Positions 9,402 through 18,857 of a stretch of DNA of 38,041 nucleotides are shown in pieces; within the stretch, counting starts at the first letter, position 1; every line of letters starts with the position of its first letter. The position numbers and the translations under genes were made by a program. The notes under the pieces were generated by a model. The model was not told the DNA's origin and did not search any database. It saw nothing but the letters and a program-made list of their open reading frames with translations. This DNA is from Candidatus Eiseniibacteriota bacterium (GTDB lineage Bacteria; Eisenbacteria; RBG-16-71-46), in the NCBI GenBank assembly GCA_031366795.1, contig JANLOX010000205.1:1-38041 (forward strand), in the 5' to 3' direction.

Positions 9402-9433
9402 CTCGACAGCCCAAGGGACTCAAGCGATCGCAG

Positions 9434-9472
9434 GCCGGCCACCCCTCGTACCGGGGTGGCCGGCTCGTTTTC
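9434..9472 (+). terminator. Intrinsic terminator after the protease pair
   Basis: Perfect 12-bp GC stem GCCGGCCACCCC (9434-9445)/GGGGTGGCCGGC (9453-9464) with a 7-nt loop, followed by TCGTTTTC. Confidence 0.75.
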
Positions 9473-9548
9473 AGGCACGAGGTTCTCGGTGAGCTTTAAA
9501 GTCTATTTTCCGAGCCACGCGCTTGGTCCTGGATTCCGCGACCCGGAT

Positions 9549-11168
9549 TCACTGAGCGCGGACCACGATTCCCAACAACATCTGCGCCAGGATGATCTTG
9601 GCGATCGTCGCCAGCGGGTACACCGACGCGCTACCGACTTCGGGCCCCTAGTCTTCGGTGCCGAGCTTCGAGAACGCGAGCACCGCAGGCTGCGTGTGGA
9701 TCCCCGCAACCATGCCCTCGAGCAGGGCGGGCCGGATGCGCAATACTGCGTGACCGATCCACAGCGAGATCCATGCGACGCCGCACGTGATGACCGCACC
9801 CGCCGCGAACAGCGGTAGTCCTCCGCTATGCGCCAGCGACTCAGCGAACACCCAGCCCGAGCGCGTGCCCACTCCCGCGAAGAACAGCACCAGCCCGAGT
9901 TGGCGCAGCGTGAGGTTCGCGCCATAGGGCATGACCCACACGATGGGACCGCTCCTCCCCAGCCAACCGAGCAGCAGACCCGCGATCAGCGGTCCGCCGG
10001 CGATACCGAGTTGGAACGTCCAGCCGCCCGGCACTGGTATGGGGATCATGCCGAGCACCAGCCCGAGCCCCGCGCCGAGCCCGAACGTCAGCACATCGAC
10101 CTCGGCGAGCTCGCGGTAGGAGTCGCCAAAGTAGCGCGCCACTTCATGCATGCGCCCTACGGGTGCAAGGACGCGAACGCGATCGCCGGGTTGCAACACG
10201 GTGCCGCCGGTGAACATCACGTCCTCATCGCCGCGTCGCAGCCGCGTGATGCGCGCGCCGAGCCGCCTCAGGCCCTTGAGGTCACGAATCCTGCGCTCGA
10301 GCACAGAGGGATTGGAGACGAAGATGCGGCGGTAGTCGAGCACACGGCGGTCCAGGTCGATGCGATCGGCGGAGTGCTCACCGACGGCGGCGATCACTGC
10401 GGGCAATTCACTGGCGGGACCCACGAGACTCACGAGGTCCCCCAGCCGCAAGGGTTCGCGCGGCTCGATGACCCTCACTTCGGAACCGCGCTTGAGCCGG
10501 GCAAAGCGGGTGCGCCAGCCTGAACTGCGCGCCAGCTCGCCCAGCGGCTTGAGACACGCGTCGGCGCGCGTGACGCGCGCGATCATCACCACCATCGGCT
10601 CGCGCGGTTCGGTGACGGCGTTGCGGAACAACGTACGTCGCGCCAGCACGATGGCGAGCAACGTGCCGAGGACCCCCATGGGATAGCTGACGGCGTAGGC
10701 CGCGACGGCCGCGGCCGCCGGGCCCCCGGGGCCTGCAGCACCGCTCGTCCCCACGCGTTCGAGCACGGCGGCGAGCGCGGGCGTGTTGGTGAGACTGCCG
10801 GCATACAGTCCGGCGGTCAACGCAGGGCTCAGGTGAAGGAGGCGCCGTGCTGCGAGCGCCAGGCCCGCGCCGGCGACCAGGACGCCCAACGCGAAGACCG
10901 CATCGCGAAGGCCACCCCGGCGCAATGCGCTGACGAATCCCGGCCCGGTGGACAGCCCAACGGTGTAAACGAACAACACCAACCCGAGCCGCTGCACGAT
11001 CTCCGGGCACTGCAGCCGCGGATCGAGCGCGCCGACCGCCAGGCCGACAAACAGCACGGCGGCGACACCGACGCTGACCCCGCGAATCGAGACACGCCCA
11101 AGTGCAAAGCCCAGCGCCAGCACGATGAACAACAACAGCAAGGGCTGCTGCACCAACAGTTCGATCAT
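9549..11168 (-). CDS. Aspartate:alanine exchanger (AspT/YidE/YbjL) family transporter with two TrkA-C domains; in-frame TAG at 9648-9650 cuts off the last helix
   Basis: Motifs 'GLVLFVYTVGL', 'GSLTNTPAL', 'YAVSYPMG', 'AGGPLIAGL' and 'LRQLGLVLF'. After the TAG the frame continues GPEVGSASVYPLATIAKIILAQMLL to TGA at 9549-9551. Confidence 0.85.
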
Positions 11169-11239
11169 ACGCGCAGCTTAGCGCCTCCGCGTGACGGGAC
11201 CGTAGTGCGTCGACGCGCCCGTGCGTGGACGCGCCCCGC

Positions 11240-11731
11240 TCAGCGGCCCAGAACCTTGCGGATACGAGCCAGGTGGTGCCAGCTGTGTCGCACCGCGTGA
11301 TCCTCGAGCACGAACTGCGCGGTAACCGGCGCGCCAAAACTGAGCGAAAACGGCGCGGCCGAATCCAGTTGTTCGTCGGTAAAGACGCGGACGGCCTCGG
11401 CGGCCTTCCGGCTCTCGGTCCGCAGGAGCTCCAGCGTTGCAGCCTTGCTCGCGGCGGCGTTGTCGATGGCGTGCTTGGCGTTCATCTCGGCGACGGCGTC
11501 CCAGGTGACGTCCGTGACGGCATTGCCCCCCGCGATCACCTGCGCGAGATGGACCTCGATCGGATAGACGCTGGCGACATGGTGCACGAGCACTCCGGCC
11601 GCACGGCCGTCACGGCCATTGACCAGGATGGGCGCGCGCCACTCGGCATCCGAGAGGCTTTCCGCAAAGGCCGCCAGACCCGCAGCACCCTCTTCGATTC
11701 GTGCTGCCAATGCTTCCGCTCGCTTGCTCAT
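11240..11731 (-). CDS. DinB/YfiT-like four-helix-bundle protein
   Basis: ATG 11731 follows GAGGAG. The sequence 'LSDAEWRAP...VLVHHVA' and C-terminal 'HAVRHSWHHLARIR' give the metal-binding His pattern. Confidence 0.7.
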   Translation of the reverse strand: MSKRAEALAARIEEGAAGLAAFAESLSDAEWRAPILVNGRDGRAAGVLVHHVASVYPIEVHLAQVIAGGNAVTDVTWDAVAEMNAKHAIDNAAASKAATLELLRTESRKAAEAVRVFTDEQLDSAAPFSLSFGAPVTAQFVLEDHAVRHSWHHLARIRKVLGR

Positions 11732-11873
11732 GGGGATCTCCTCGTCATCGGGGGGCACTGCGAAATCGTGGTCGAACCATCCGTTGCGACGGGCCCATCC
11801 GAACGGCCGCCACGCGTTGCCCGTTCCCGATGTTTTTACCACACACCGGGACACCGTGTGGAACGCGGCCAAC

Positions 11874-12431
11874 TCAGCGCGTGCCGGGCTCCGTGGCGGG
11901 TTCGGGAATCGCTGCGTGACCGCCTTTCGGCGACAGCGGCCGGAACCTTCGCCACGGCCGCAACAGTTGCCGGCCGAGCGCGCGCACGAACGGCCCGCCC
12001 CACAACCCGACGGAGACGAGCGCGCCGAACAGCATGACCGCGTCGATACTGGCGCGTCCCTCGCGCGTCCAGTAGACATCGCGCAGGTTGAGCCACAGCG
12101 CGAACTCGTCGAGCGTCAACGCTGCTCCCATCGCGAACAGCAGCGACGTCACCCTGCCGTAGCGGTGCGCGGCGCGCTGGTCGCCCGCGCCGGGTTGGAT
12201 CATCGAGAGGTAGCCGACGGCCAGCAATAACACGATGCCCCACACGAGATGATGAACGTGGGTGCCGCCGATCAACAGCCCGGCGCCGGAAATATTGTCG
12301 CGGAGATGATGGGTCGTCAGGCGCGTCACGGCGAACGTGACGAAGAAGCCGAGCGAGGCGAGAAACATGCGCTCACGCCGCGGGTCACGAAAGTGCCGCC
12401 GGTAGAGTGCGAGCAGCCGCTGGAGTTGCAT
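11874..12431 (-). CDS. Conserved hypothetical integral membrane protein
   Basis: Four hydrophobic segments, with motifs 'GTHVHHLVWGI' and 'GAALTLDEFALWLNLRDVYW..EGRASID'. Confidence 0.75.
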   Translation of the reverse strand: MQLQRLLALYRRHFRDPRRERMFLASLGFFVTFAVTRLTTHHLRDNISGAGLLIGGTHVHHLVWGIVLLLAVGYLSMIQPGAGDQRAAHRYGRVTSLLFAMGAALTLDEFALWLNLRDVYWTREGRASIDAVMLFGALVSVGLWGGPFVRALGRQLLRPWRRFRPLSPKGGHAAIPEPATEPGTR

Positions 12432-12602
12432 GGCAGGGGACCTCGTTGGCTCGCGCGCCGTGTCGCATCACGCGCGCGACACAATGTTCTCGCGGCCCGC
12501 GCGCCGGCGCCACGGGATTGTCGCGCCCCGTGCTGGGCGATTTTTCCCACGCTTGTGCCTTTGATGTCCCGCCCACGCCAACGGGTGCGCTACATTCTGG
12601 GC

Positions 12603-13562
12603 ATGGAACCCGCGCATCGCCTTTCGCCGCGCAGCTTGATCGCCGTGGCAACCCTGTCGTGCTGCCTCACCGCGCGGCCGGCCAAGCCGGCGGACACCGT
12701 CGTGGCGCCCTACCCTGCGCTTCGGCAGCCCGGGGAATCCCGCACCTTGAGCGCGATCCGGAACCTCGACGCACCCGCGGCGCTGCGACCGTGGCTGGAG
12801 CTGGGCAACCCCCAGGCATTCGCGGATACGACCCTGCCGCGACTCGGCCAGCTTTCGAGCGATGACCGCGCGGGCCTCGCCCTTCGCCTGCAGCAGCGGG
12901 ACGTTCCCACGCGCGTCGCAACGTATGCATTCCTGCAGGTCGGAACGCCGTATGAACTGGGCCCCCTCGGTGAGGCCGCCCCGCCGGACACGCAGCCGGT
13001 GCTCGCGTTCAGGACTACCGACTGCACGACGATCAACCTGGTCTCGGCCGCACTCGCGCACGCGATCGACGCCACGGGCGAACTCCCGGCGATGGCGCGC
13101 TCAAACTATCGCGGCGGGTTCATCTCATACGCCACGCGCTTTCACTTCACCACCGACCGGCTCGACTCCTCGCCTTGGTTCCGCGATATCACGCGGCGCG
13201 CCGGAGGGGATGCCTGCAAGCACCAGTGGGTGACGCTCAACCAGCGCGCGGATGGCAGCCATTGGATCCCCATCGACTGGACGCGCCGGCGCGAGGTGTT
13301 CTATGTCCCGCGCGAGAGCGGCGCGGAATTCGAGCGCTGGTTCACTCAGCACCGCATTCCGGCCGCGATGGGAATCGCCTTCGTGAAGGCGAGCAAGCTC
13401 GCGGATGGGCTCGATGTCGTGCACGAATCGATGCTGTGGCAAGGGCGCACGCTGTTGCACGCCTCGAGCCTGTCGGGGCGTGTGGTCACGCTACCGTGGC
13501 GGCAGTTCCTCGAGGAGTCGGGCAGCCGCTACGACGGGTTCGTGCTGTTCGAGTACCGCTGA
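12603..13562 (+). CDS. DUF1460 / NlpC-P60-like N-acetylmuramoyl-L-alanine amidase-like protein, exported
   Basis: 'VGTPYELGPLGE', 'TDCTT' (catalytic Cys), 'RFHFTTD', 'GLDVVHE' (His) and 'LLHASS'; signal-like N terminus from ATG 12603. Confidence 0.8.
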   Translation: MEPAHRLSPRSLIAVATLSCCLTARPAKPADTVVAPYPALRQPGESRTLSAIRNLDAPAALRPWLELGNPQAFADTTLPRLGQLSSDDRAGLALRLQQRDVPTRVATYAFLQVGTPYELGPLGEAAPPDTQPVLAFRTTDCTTINLVSAALAHAIDATGELPAMARSNYRGGFISYATRFHFTTDRLDSSPWFRDITRRAGGDACKHQWVTLNQRADGSHWIPIDWTRRREVFYVPRESGAEFERWFTQHRIPAAMGIAFVKASKLADGLDVVHESMLWQGRTLLHASSLSGRVVTLPWRQFLEESGSRYDGFVLFEYR

Positions 13563-13615
13563 GCGCGGGCGATCGGTGCAGGCGCGGCCAGCGAATGCGT
13601 TCCACCGGCCGGGGC

Positions 13616-13642
13616 TCAGCCGGCTGCCAATCCTGCCGATAA
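13616..13642 (+). promoter_or_regulatory. Sigma28 (FliA/WhiG)-like promoter candidate upstream of ppk2
   Basis: TCAG (13616-13619)-N15-GCCGATAA (13635-13642) in intergenic DNA. Confidence 0.4.
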
Positions 13643-13710
13643 CGACTGGGAACCCGCTGCTCCAACACTCGACATTCCACGCCCCCGCCTAACCTAGACC
13701 CGAGGATGCC

Positions 13711-14619
13711 ATGGCCAAGTCCCGCGACGCCGCTAAGCCTTCGACCGATTCCAGCGCGCTCGTGCTCCCCTTCCGCGTGAGCGATGGCAAGGGCTTCCGG
13801 CTGGCCGATCACGACCCCGGCAAGACGCTCGGCCTCAAGTCCAAGGGCGATGCCAAGGAGCAATTGCAGCGCGGCGTCGAGCAACTCGCGAAACTTCAAG
13901 AGCAACTCTATGCGCAGGACCGGCTCAGCGTGCTGGTCATCGTCCAGGCGATGGATGCGGCGGGCAAGGACAGCGTGATCGAGCATGTGATGTCCGGCAT
14001 CAATCCGCAGGGCTGCCAGGTGTTCGCCTTCAAGGCCCCCTCGCCTGAAGAGCTGGATCACGACTTCCTCTGGCGCACCACGCGCTGCATGCCCGAGCGC
14101 GGCCGCATCGGCATCTTCAACCGTTCGTACTACGAGGAAGTGCTGGTGGTGCGCGTTCACCCTGAATACCTGGGGGGCCAGCGCCTGCCCGAGCCCATCG
14201 ACCTGAAGACGATCTGGCGCGATCGCTTCGAAAGCATCAACGCGTTCGAGCAGCACATGGCGCGCAATGGCACCGTGATCCTCAAGTTCTTCCTCAATGT
14301 CTCCAAGCGCGAGCAGAAGGCGCGCTTTCTCGAACGGCTCGACGAACCCGAGAAGAACTGGAAGTTCTCGCTCGGCGACATCAAGGAGCGGGATCGCTGG
14401 GACGAATACATGGCCGCGTACGAGGACATGATCCAGCACACCAGCACAGAGCACGCGCCATGGCATGTGATCCCCGCCGACCACAAGTGGTTCACGCGGC
14501 TGGCGGTCGCTGCGGCGATCGAAGACCGCATGAGCACCCTCAAGCTGAAGCAGCGCACCGTCGATCCGGCGCGGGCTCAGGAGCTCAAGGCCGCGCGCGC
14601 GCTGCTAGGCAAAGCGTAG
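13711..14619 (+). CDS. ppk2: Polyphosphate kinase 2 family (class III-like)
   Basis: Walker A 'QAMDAAGKD', plus 'FKAPS.EELDHDFLWR', 'FNRSYYEEVLVVRVH' and 'PWHVIPADHKW'. Confidence 0.93.
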   Translation: MAKSRDAAKPSTDSSALVLPFRVSDGKGFRLADHDPGKTLGLKSKGDAKEQLQRGVEQLAKLQEQLYAQDRLSVLVIVQAMDAAGKDSVIEHVMSGINPQGCQVFAFKAPSPEELDHDFLWRTTRCMPERGRIGIFNRSYYEEVLVVRVHPEYLGGQRLPEPIDLKTIWRDRFESINAFEQHMARNGTVILKFFLNVSKREQKARFLERLDEPEKNWKFSLGDIKERDRWDEYMAAYEDMIQHTSTEHAPWHVIPADHKWFTRLAVAAAIEDRMSTLKLKQRTVDPARAQELKAARALLGKA

Positions 14620-15702
14620 CTCGCGCGAAACGGCGTCCGGCTCAAGGAAGGCCAGCAGGCCTTCGCCCTCCGCTGCCACGATCTCGCGCGCTGTCTGCGT
14701 GAGCGGCGCGAACGGCGTGAGCACGAGCGTCGCCGTCTTGCGCTTCGTCTCGACCCGCCACGTCCCTGCGACGAAGCCATCGATCAGGAAGGTGGCCAAC
14801 ACCCGCAGGTTCGCAGTGGAAATTGCCTTGCGATTCACATCGGCAATGATCCTGCGCCGGTCCGCGTGAGCCAGCAGGATGTTGTCGTAGTCGGGCAGGA
14901 AGCGCACCGGTGCCTCGACGCTCCCTTCTGGGCGGGGCGCACGCGGGACATCGAACAGCTCACGCTGGCGTTCGTCCCGGAACACCGCGAGCTGTGGGCG
15001 CAGCGCGTCGAACACGGCAGCGAGGCCGCTCATGCCCGACCACTCCTGCGCGTCCGCCACGGTGGCCGGGCCGAACGCCCCGAGATAGCGAACCATCAGG
15101 GTCGCCGCGTGCTGCTTCACGCCGGTCAGTTTGCCCAGCCAGGCTTCGGCATCGGCGAACTCAGGCTTGCCCGGGAACCCCCAGGCTCCGCCGTCGGGGA
15201 CCATGACCAGTGGCAGGTGCGTGCGAACGGCGTAGCCCATGGCGCGCTCGTCGATCTGCGGAAAACGTGTCGCGAGCTCGCCGCGCAAGGTGTCGAAGGT
15301 GCGCGAGCCGGAATGAAACAACTCGCGCGCCGCGGCGATGACTGCGTCGAGATCCAACGCCTTCACTTTGTCACCCAGCACCGACTTCATTCCGGTCGAC
15401 AGCATGGGCTGGAGCGTGGCGCGGAACGCCACGAAATCGCGCGCGCTCACCACATGAATGGTGCCGCGCATCATGGTCGCGCGCACGATCTGGCGCTTGG
15501 TGATCGCGGCGGTCAGCGTTTCGCGGCGGAACGCCGGGACGCGCGACCACATCCCCACGTACGGCGGGCGCGCCAGCTGGGCCTGCATTCCGGCGAGCGC
15601 TTCGACCACGCGCAAAGGCGTCGCGGTTTTACGTTCGAGCAGCAGTTGGCGCGCCAGCAGGGCACGGTTCAGCGCGCGCAGGCTCATGGTTTCGGGGGGC
15701 AT
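14605..15702 (-). CDS. AlkZ-like winged-helix (HTH_42) DNA glycosylase family protein
   Basis: 'LNRALLARQLLLER', 'GMQAQ' (QxQ motif), 'MRGTIH', 'RYLGAFGPAT', 'RFLPDYDNILL' and 'DGFVAGTW'. Start is ATG 15702 or 15687. Confidence 0.85.
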   Translation of the reverse strand: MPPETMSLRALNRALLARQLLLERKTATPLRVVEALAGMQAQLARPPYVGMWSRVPAFRRETLTAAITKRQIVRATMMRGTIHVVSARDFVAFRATLQPMLSTGMKSVLGDKVKALDLDAVIAAARELFHSGSRTFDTLRGELATRFPQIDERAMGYAVRTHLPLVMVPDGGAWGFPGKPEFADAEAWLGKLTGVKQHAATLMVRYLGAFGPATVADAQEWSGMSGLAAVFDALRPQLAVFRDERQRELFDVPRAPRPEGSVEAPVRFLPDYDNILLAHADRRRIIADVNRKAISTANLRVLATFLIDGFVAGTWRVETKRKTATLVLTPFAPLTQTAREIVAAEGEGLLAFLEPDAVSRELRFA

Positions 15703-15787
15703 GGAGCGGTGAATTTGCCCGACGGCTTCGCGTGGCGCAACATTGCCGCGTTCGTTGCCCTTCCACCCCGGCCGCGGGAGAGTTCGC

Positions 15788-18787
15788 ATGCGCAGGCTTC
15801 GAGTGATGGTGTTCGCGTTGATCATGCTGTCGGCTCGCGGAGCGAACGCCGCTCCCGCCGCGGATCTTCCCGCAGGCATCGCGCGCATTCACTACCACCG
15901 TCCGCGCGCGGACTACGCCGGCTGGGGACTCCACGCCTGGGAGGACGCCGCGGTGACGGTCCCCTGGGGCAGCCCGTTGGCGCCGGCCGGGAACGATGCG
16001 TACGGCACGTACTGGGACGTCAAGCTCAAGCCCGATGCCAAGAAGCTCGGCTTCATCGTGCACAAGGGGGACCTGAAGGATCCCGGCGTCGATCAATTCC
16101 TCGACGTGACGAAGCAGCGCGAAGCCTGGCTGGTGTCCGGGCGGGCCGATGTATCCGCCAGCCCTCCCGATGTCGCGGGGCTCGCGTTCGGCGACCTGTC
16201 GCGCGCGCGCGCCCACTGGATCGATCGCAGCACGCTGGTGTGGCCGGATGCTCCCGCGGACGCCGCGTTTCAGCTGCTCGAATCTTCTGACGCGAAACTC
16301 CGGCTGACGCGCGAGGGTGTGAGCGGCGGCGAAATGCTGCCGCTGCGCGTCGACGCGCAAGGTATGAGCGTCACGCAGCGCGCCGAATTCCCATACCTCG
16401 CGAAGGGGACCGTGCTGCGTCTCGAAGGCGTCGATACCGCAAAGCTACGCGCGCTGTTGCGCGGGCAGATCGCGATCGCCATGCGCGCGGCCGACGGCAG
16501 TCGCGATGCGACCGCGTTGCAGATCCCGGGCGTGCTCGACGATGTGTGCGCCTACGATGGCAGCCTCGGCGCCACGTGGGGCCCCCGCGGTCCGCTCCTG
16601 CACCTGTGGGCGCCGACCGCCCGCAAGGTGCGGCTCATGCTGTTCGCCGGGCCACGCACGCCAGAGCCCGAGGCCACGATCGACATGGCCGACTCCAACG
16701 GTGTGTGGAGCGCCACCGGGCAACCTGCGTGGAAGGATAAGTTTTACCTCTACGAGGTCACCGTTTACACGCCGGCCACGCAGGGCATCGAGACTTCGCG
16801 CGTCACCGATCCCTACTCGCGCAGCCTGTCGCACAACTCCGAGCGCTCGCAACTGGTCGACCTCGCGGATCCCTCACTCGCTCCCACGGGCTGGGGCGAT
16901 GTGCGCAAACCCGCCCTGCGCGCCCCTGAGGATGCGGCGATTTACGAGCTGCATGTGCGCGACTTCAGCGCCATGGCGAACGATGTGCCCGATTCCCTGC
17001 ACGGGACCTTCCTGGCATTCACGCTCGAATCGAACGGTGTGCGCCACTTGCGTGAACTGGCGCGATCCGGCATCACGCACATCCACCTGCTGCCGTCGTT
17101 CGACTTCGCGACGGTCGACGAGGACCGCTCGACCTGGCAGGACGCGGGTAGGCTCACCGGGCAGCCGCGCGACTCGGAGGCGCCGCAGGCGGCGGTGACG
17201 CGGGTGCGTGGCCGTGACGGCTTCAACTGGGGTTACGACCCCGTGCACTACGGGGTTCCTGAAGGCAGCTACGCCACGAACCCCGACGGCGTTGCCCGCA
17301 TCATCGAGTTCCGCCGCATGGTGCAGGCGCTGTCGCGCGACAGCCTGCGCGTGGTGATGGATGTCGTCTACAACCACACGCACGCCGCGGGGCTCGAGCG
17401 CTTCTCGGTACTCGACCGCATCGTGCCCGGCTACTACCAGCGCCTCAATCCCGATGGCGCCGTCGAGAACAGCACCTGCTGCGCCAATACCGCGAGTGAG
17501 CACCACATGATGGAAAAGCTGATGATCGACGACCTCTTGCACTGGGCGCGCGACTACAAGGTCGACGGCTTCCGCTTCGACTTGATGGGTCATCACATGA
17601 AGCGAAACATGGAGCACATTCGTGATGCCCTCCACGCGCTGACGTTGGCGCGCGACGGCGTCGACGGCAGCGCCATCGTGATCTATGGCGAGGGCTGGGA
17701 CTTCGGCGAGGTGTCGCGCAACCAGCGCGGCGTCAATGCGACCCAACAGAACCTCGCCGGCACCGGGATCGGCACCTTCAACGACCGGCTTCGCGATGCC
17801 GTGCGTGGTGGGAGCCCATTCGCTGACCGGCGCGCGCAGGGCTTCGCGAGCGGGCTGTTCACCGCCCCCGGCGAGGTCGATCACGGCGGCGAGGCGGATC
17901 GTGTGAAGCTGCTCGACGCCGAGGACCGTATCCGTGTCGGGCTCGCGGGCAATCTCGCGCAGTACCGCTTTACTGACCGGAAGGGCAACACCACCAGCGG
18001 GGCAGCGCTCGGCGCCACCGGCTACACGGCGGACCCGCAGGAGTGCATCAACTACGTCGAGGCGCACGACAACGAGACCCTGTGGGACAAGCTGCTCTAT
18101 GCGCTGCCCACTTCCACCTCGCGCGCCGATCGCGCGCGGCTTCAGGTCCTCGCATTGTCTGTCCCCGAGCTGGCGCAGGGCATTCCGTTCTTCCACGCCG
18201 GCGACGAGATCCTGCGCACGAAGTCGATGGATGCCGATAGCTACGATTCCGGCGACTGGTTCAATCGTTTGGACTGGACGCTCGACTCGAATGGATCGGG
18301 AATGGGGTTGCCGCCGGCCGGCAAGAACCGCGATCGCTGGCTTACCATCGGCGATCGCTTGCGACGCCGCGAGCTGGAACCCACCCATGATGACCTGGCC
18401 ACCTCGTATGGCGCGTTTCGCGACCTGCTCGAGATCCGTCGCAGCTCACCGTTATTCCGGCTGCGCACCGCCGCCGACATCCAGCAGCGCGTCGGCTTCC
18501 TCAATACAGGGCCGGCGCAGCTGCCCGGCGTGATCGTGATGACGCTGTCCGATGCCGGCGATGGCGTTACCGATCTCGATCCGCGCTGGTCACGGATCGT
18601 CGTGGTGTTCAACGCCACGCCCCAGGAGCAACGCATCAGCTACCCGGCATTCGGGCAGCTGGCGCTCGAACTGCACCCGCTACAAAGAAACGGCCGCGAC
18701 CCGGTGGGCCGATGGGCTCATGCGGATCGCGCCGCGAGCGCGCTGGTCGTCCCGGGACTCACCACGGCGGTGTTCGTCGCTCCGTGA
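15788..18787 (+). CDS. pulA: Exported pullulanase-type alpha-1,6-glucosidase (GH13) with N-terminal CBM41-like domain
   Basis: ATG 15788 follows GGGAG and starts a signal peptide. 'IHYHRPRADYAGWGLHAW' is CBM41-like. Also present are 'FNWGYDP', 'DVVYNH' and the catalytic motifs 'GFRFDLM', 'YGEGW' and 'EAHDN'. Confidence 0.92.
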   Translation: MRRLRVMVFALIMLSARGANAAPAADLPAGIARIHYHRPRADYAGWGLHAWEDAAVTVPWGSPLAPAGNDAYGTYWDVKLKPDAKKLGFIVHKGDLKDPGVDQFLDVTKQREAWLVSGRADVSASPPDVAGLAFGDLSRARAHWIDRSTLVWPDAPADAAFQLLESSDAKLRLTREGVSGGEMLPLRVDAQGMSVTQRAEFPYLAKGTVLRLEGVDTAKLRALLRGQIAIAMRAADGSRDATALQIPGVLDDVCAYDGSLGATWGPRGPLLHLWAPTARKVRLMLFAGPRTPEPEATIDMADSNGVWSATGQPAWKDKFYLYEVTVYTPATQGIETSRVTDPYSRSLSHNSERSQLVDLADPSLAPTGWGDVRKPALRAPEDAAIYELHVRDFSAMANDVPDSLHGTFLAFTLESNGVRHLRELARSGITHIHLLPSFDFATVDEDRSTWQDAGRLTGQPRDSEAPQAAVTRVRGRDGFNWGYDPVHYGVPEGSYATNPDGVARIIEFRRMVQALSRDSLRVVMDVVYNHTHAAGLERFSVLDRIVPGYYQRLNPDGAVENSTCCANTASEHHMMEKLMIDDLLHWARDYKVDGFRFDLMGHHMKRNMEHIRDALHALTLARDGVDGSAIVIYGEGWDFGEVSRNQRGVNATQQNLAGTGIGTFNDRLRDAVRGGSPFADRRAQGFASGLFTAPGEVDHGGEADRVKLLDAEDRIRVGLAGNLAQYRFTDRKGNTTSGAALGATGYTADPQECINYVEAHDNETLWDKLLYALPTSTSRADRARLQVLALSVPELAQGIPFFHAGDEILRTKSMDADSYDSGDWFNRLDWTLDSNGSGMGLPPAGKNRDRWLTIGDRLRRRELEPTHDDLATSYGAFRDLLEIRRSSPLFRLRTAADIQQRVGFLNTGPAQLPGVIVMTLSDAGDGVTDLDPRWSRIVVVFNATPQEQRISYPAFGQLALELHPLQRNGRDPVGRWAHADRAASALVVPGLTTAVFVAP

Positions 18788-18857
18788 TCACCACTCCCCT
18801 ACCTCACCCCCGCGCACCGCGGGACTCCAACGTGCGGGTACTGCTACCCTAGGACGC

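Noticed and set aside
9392..9425. Further CTCAAG copies at the end of protease 2
   Set aside because: They are not at 11-bp period, there is no downstream co-oriented gene, and they lie next to the terminator.
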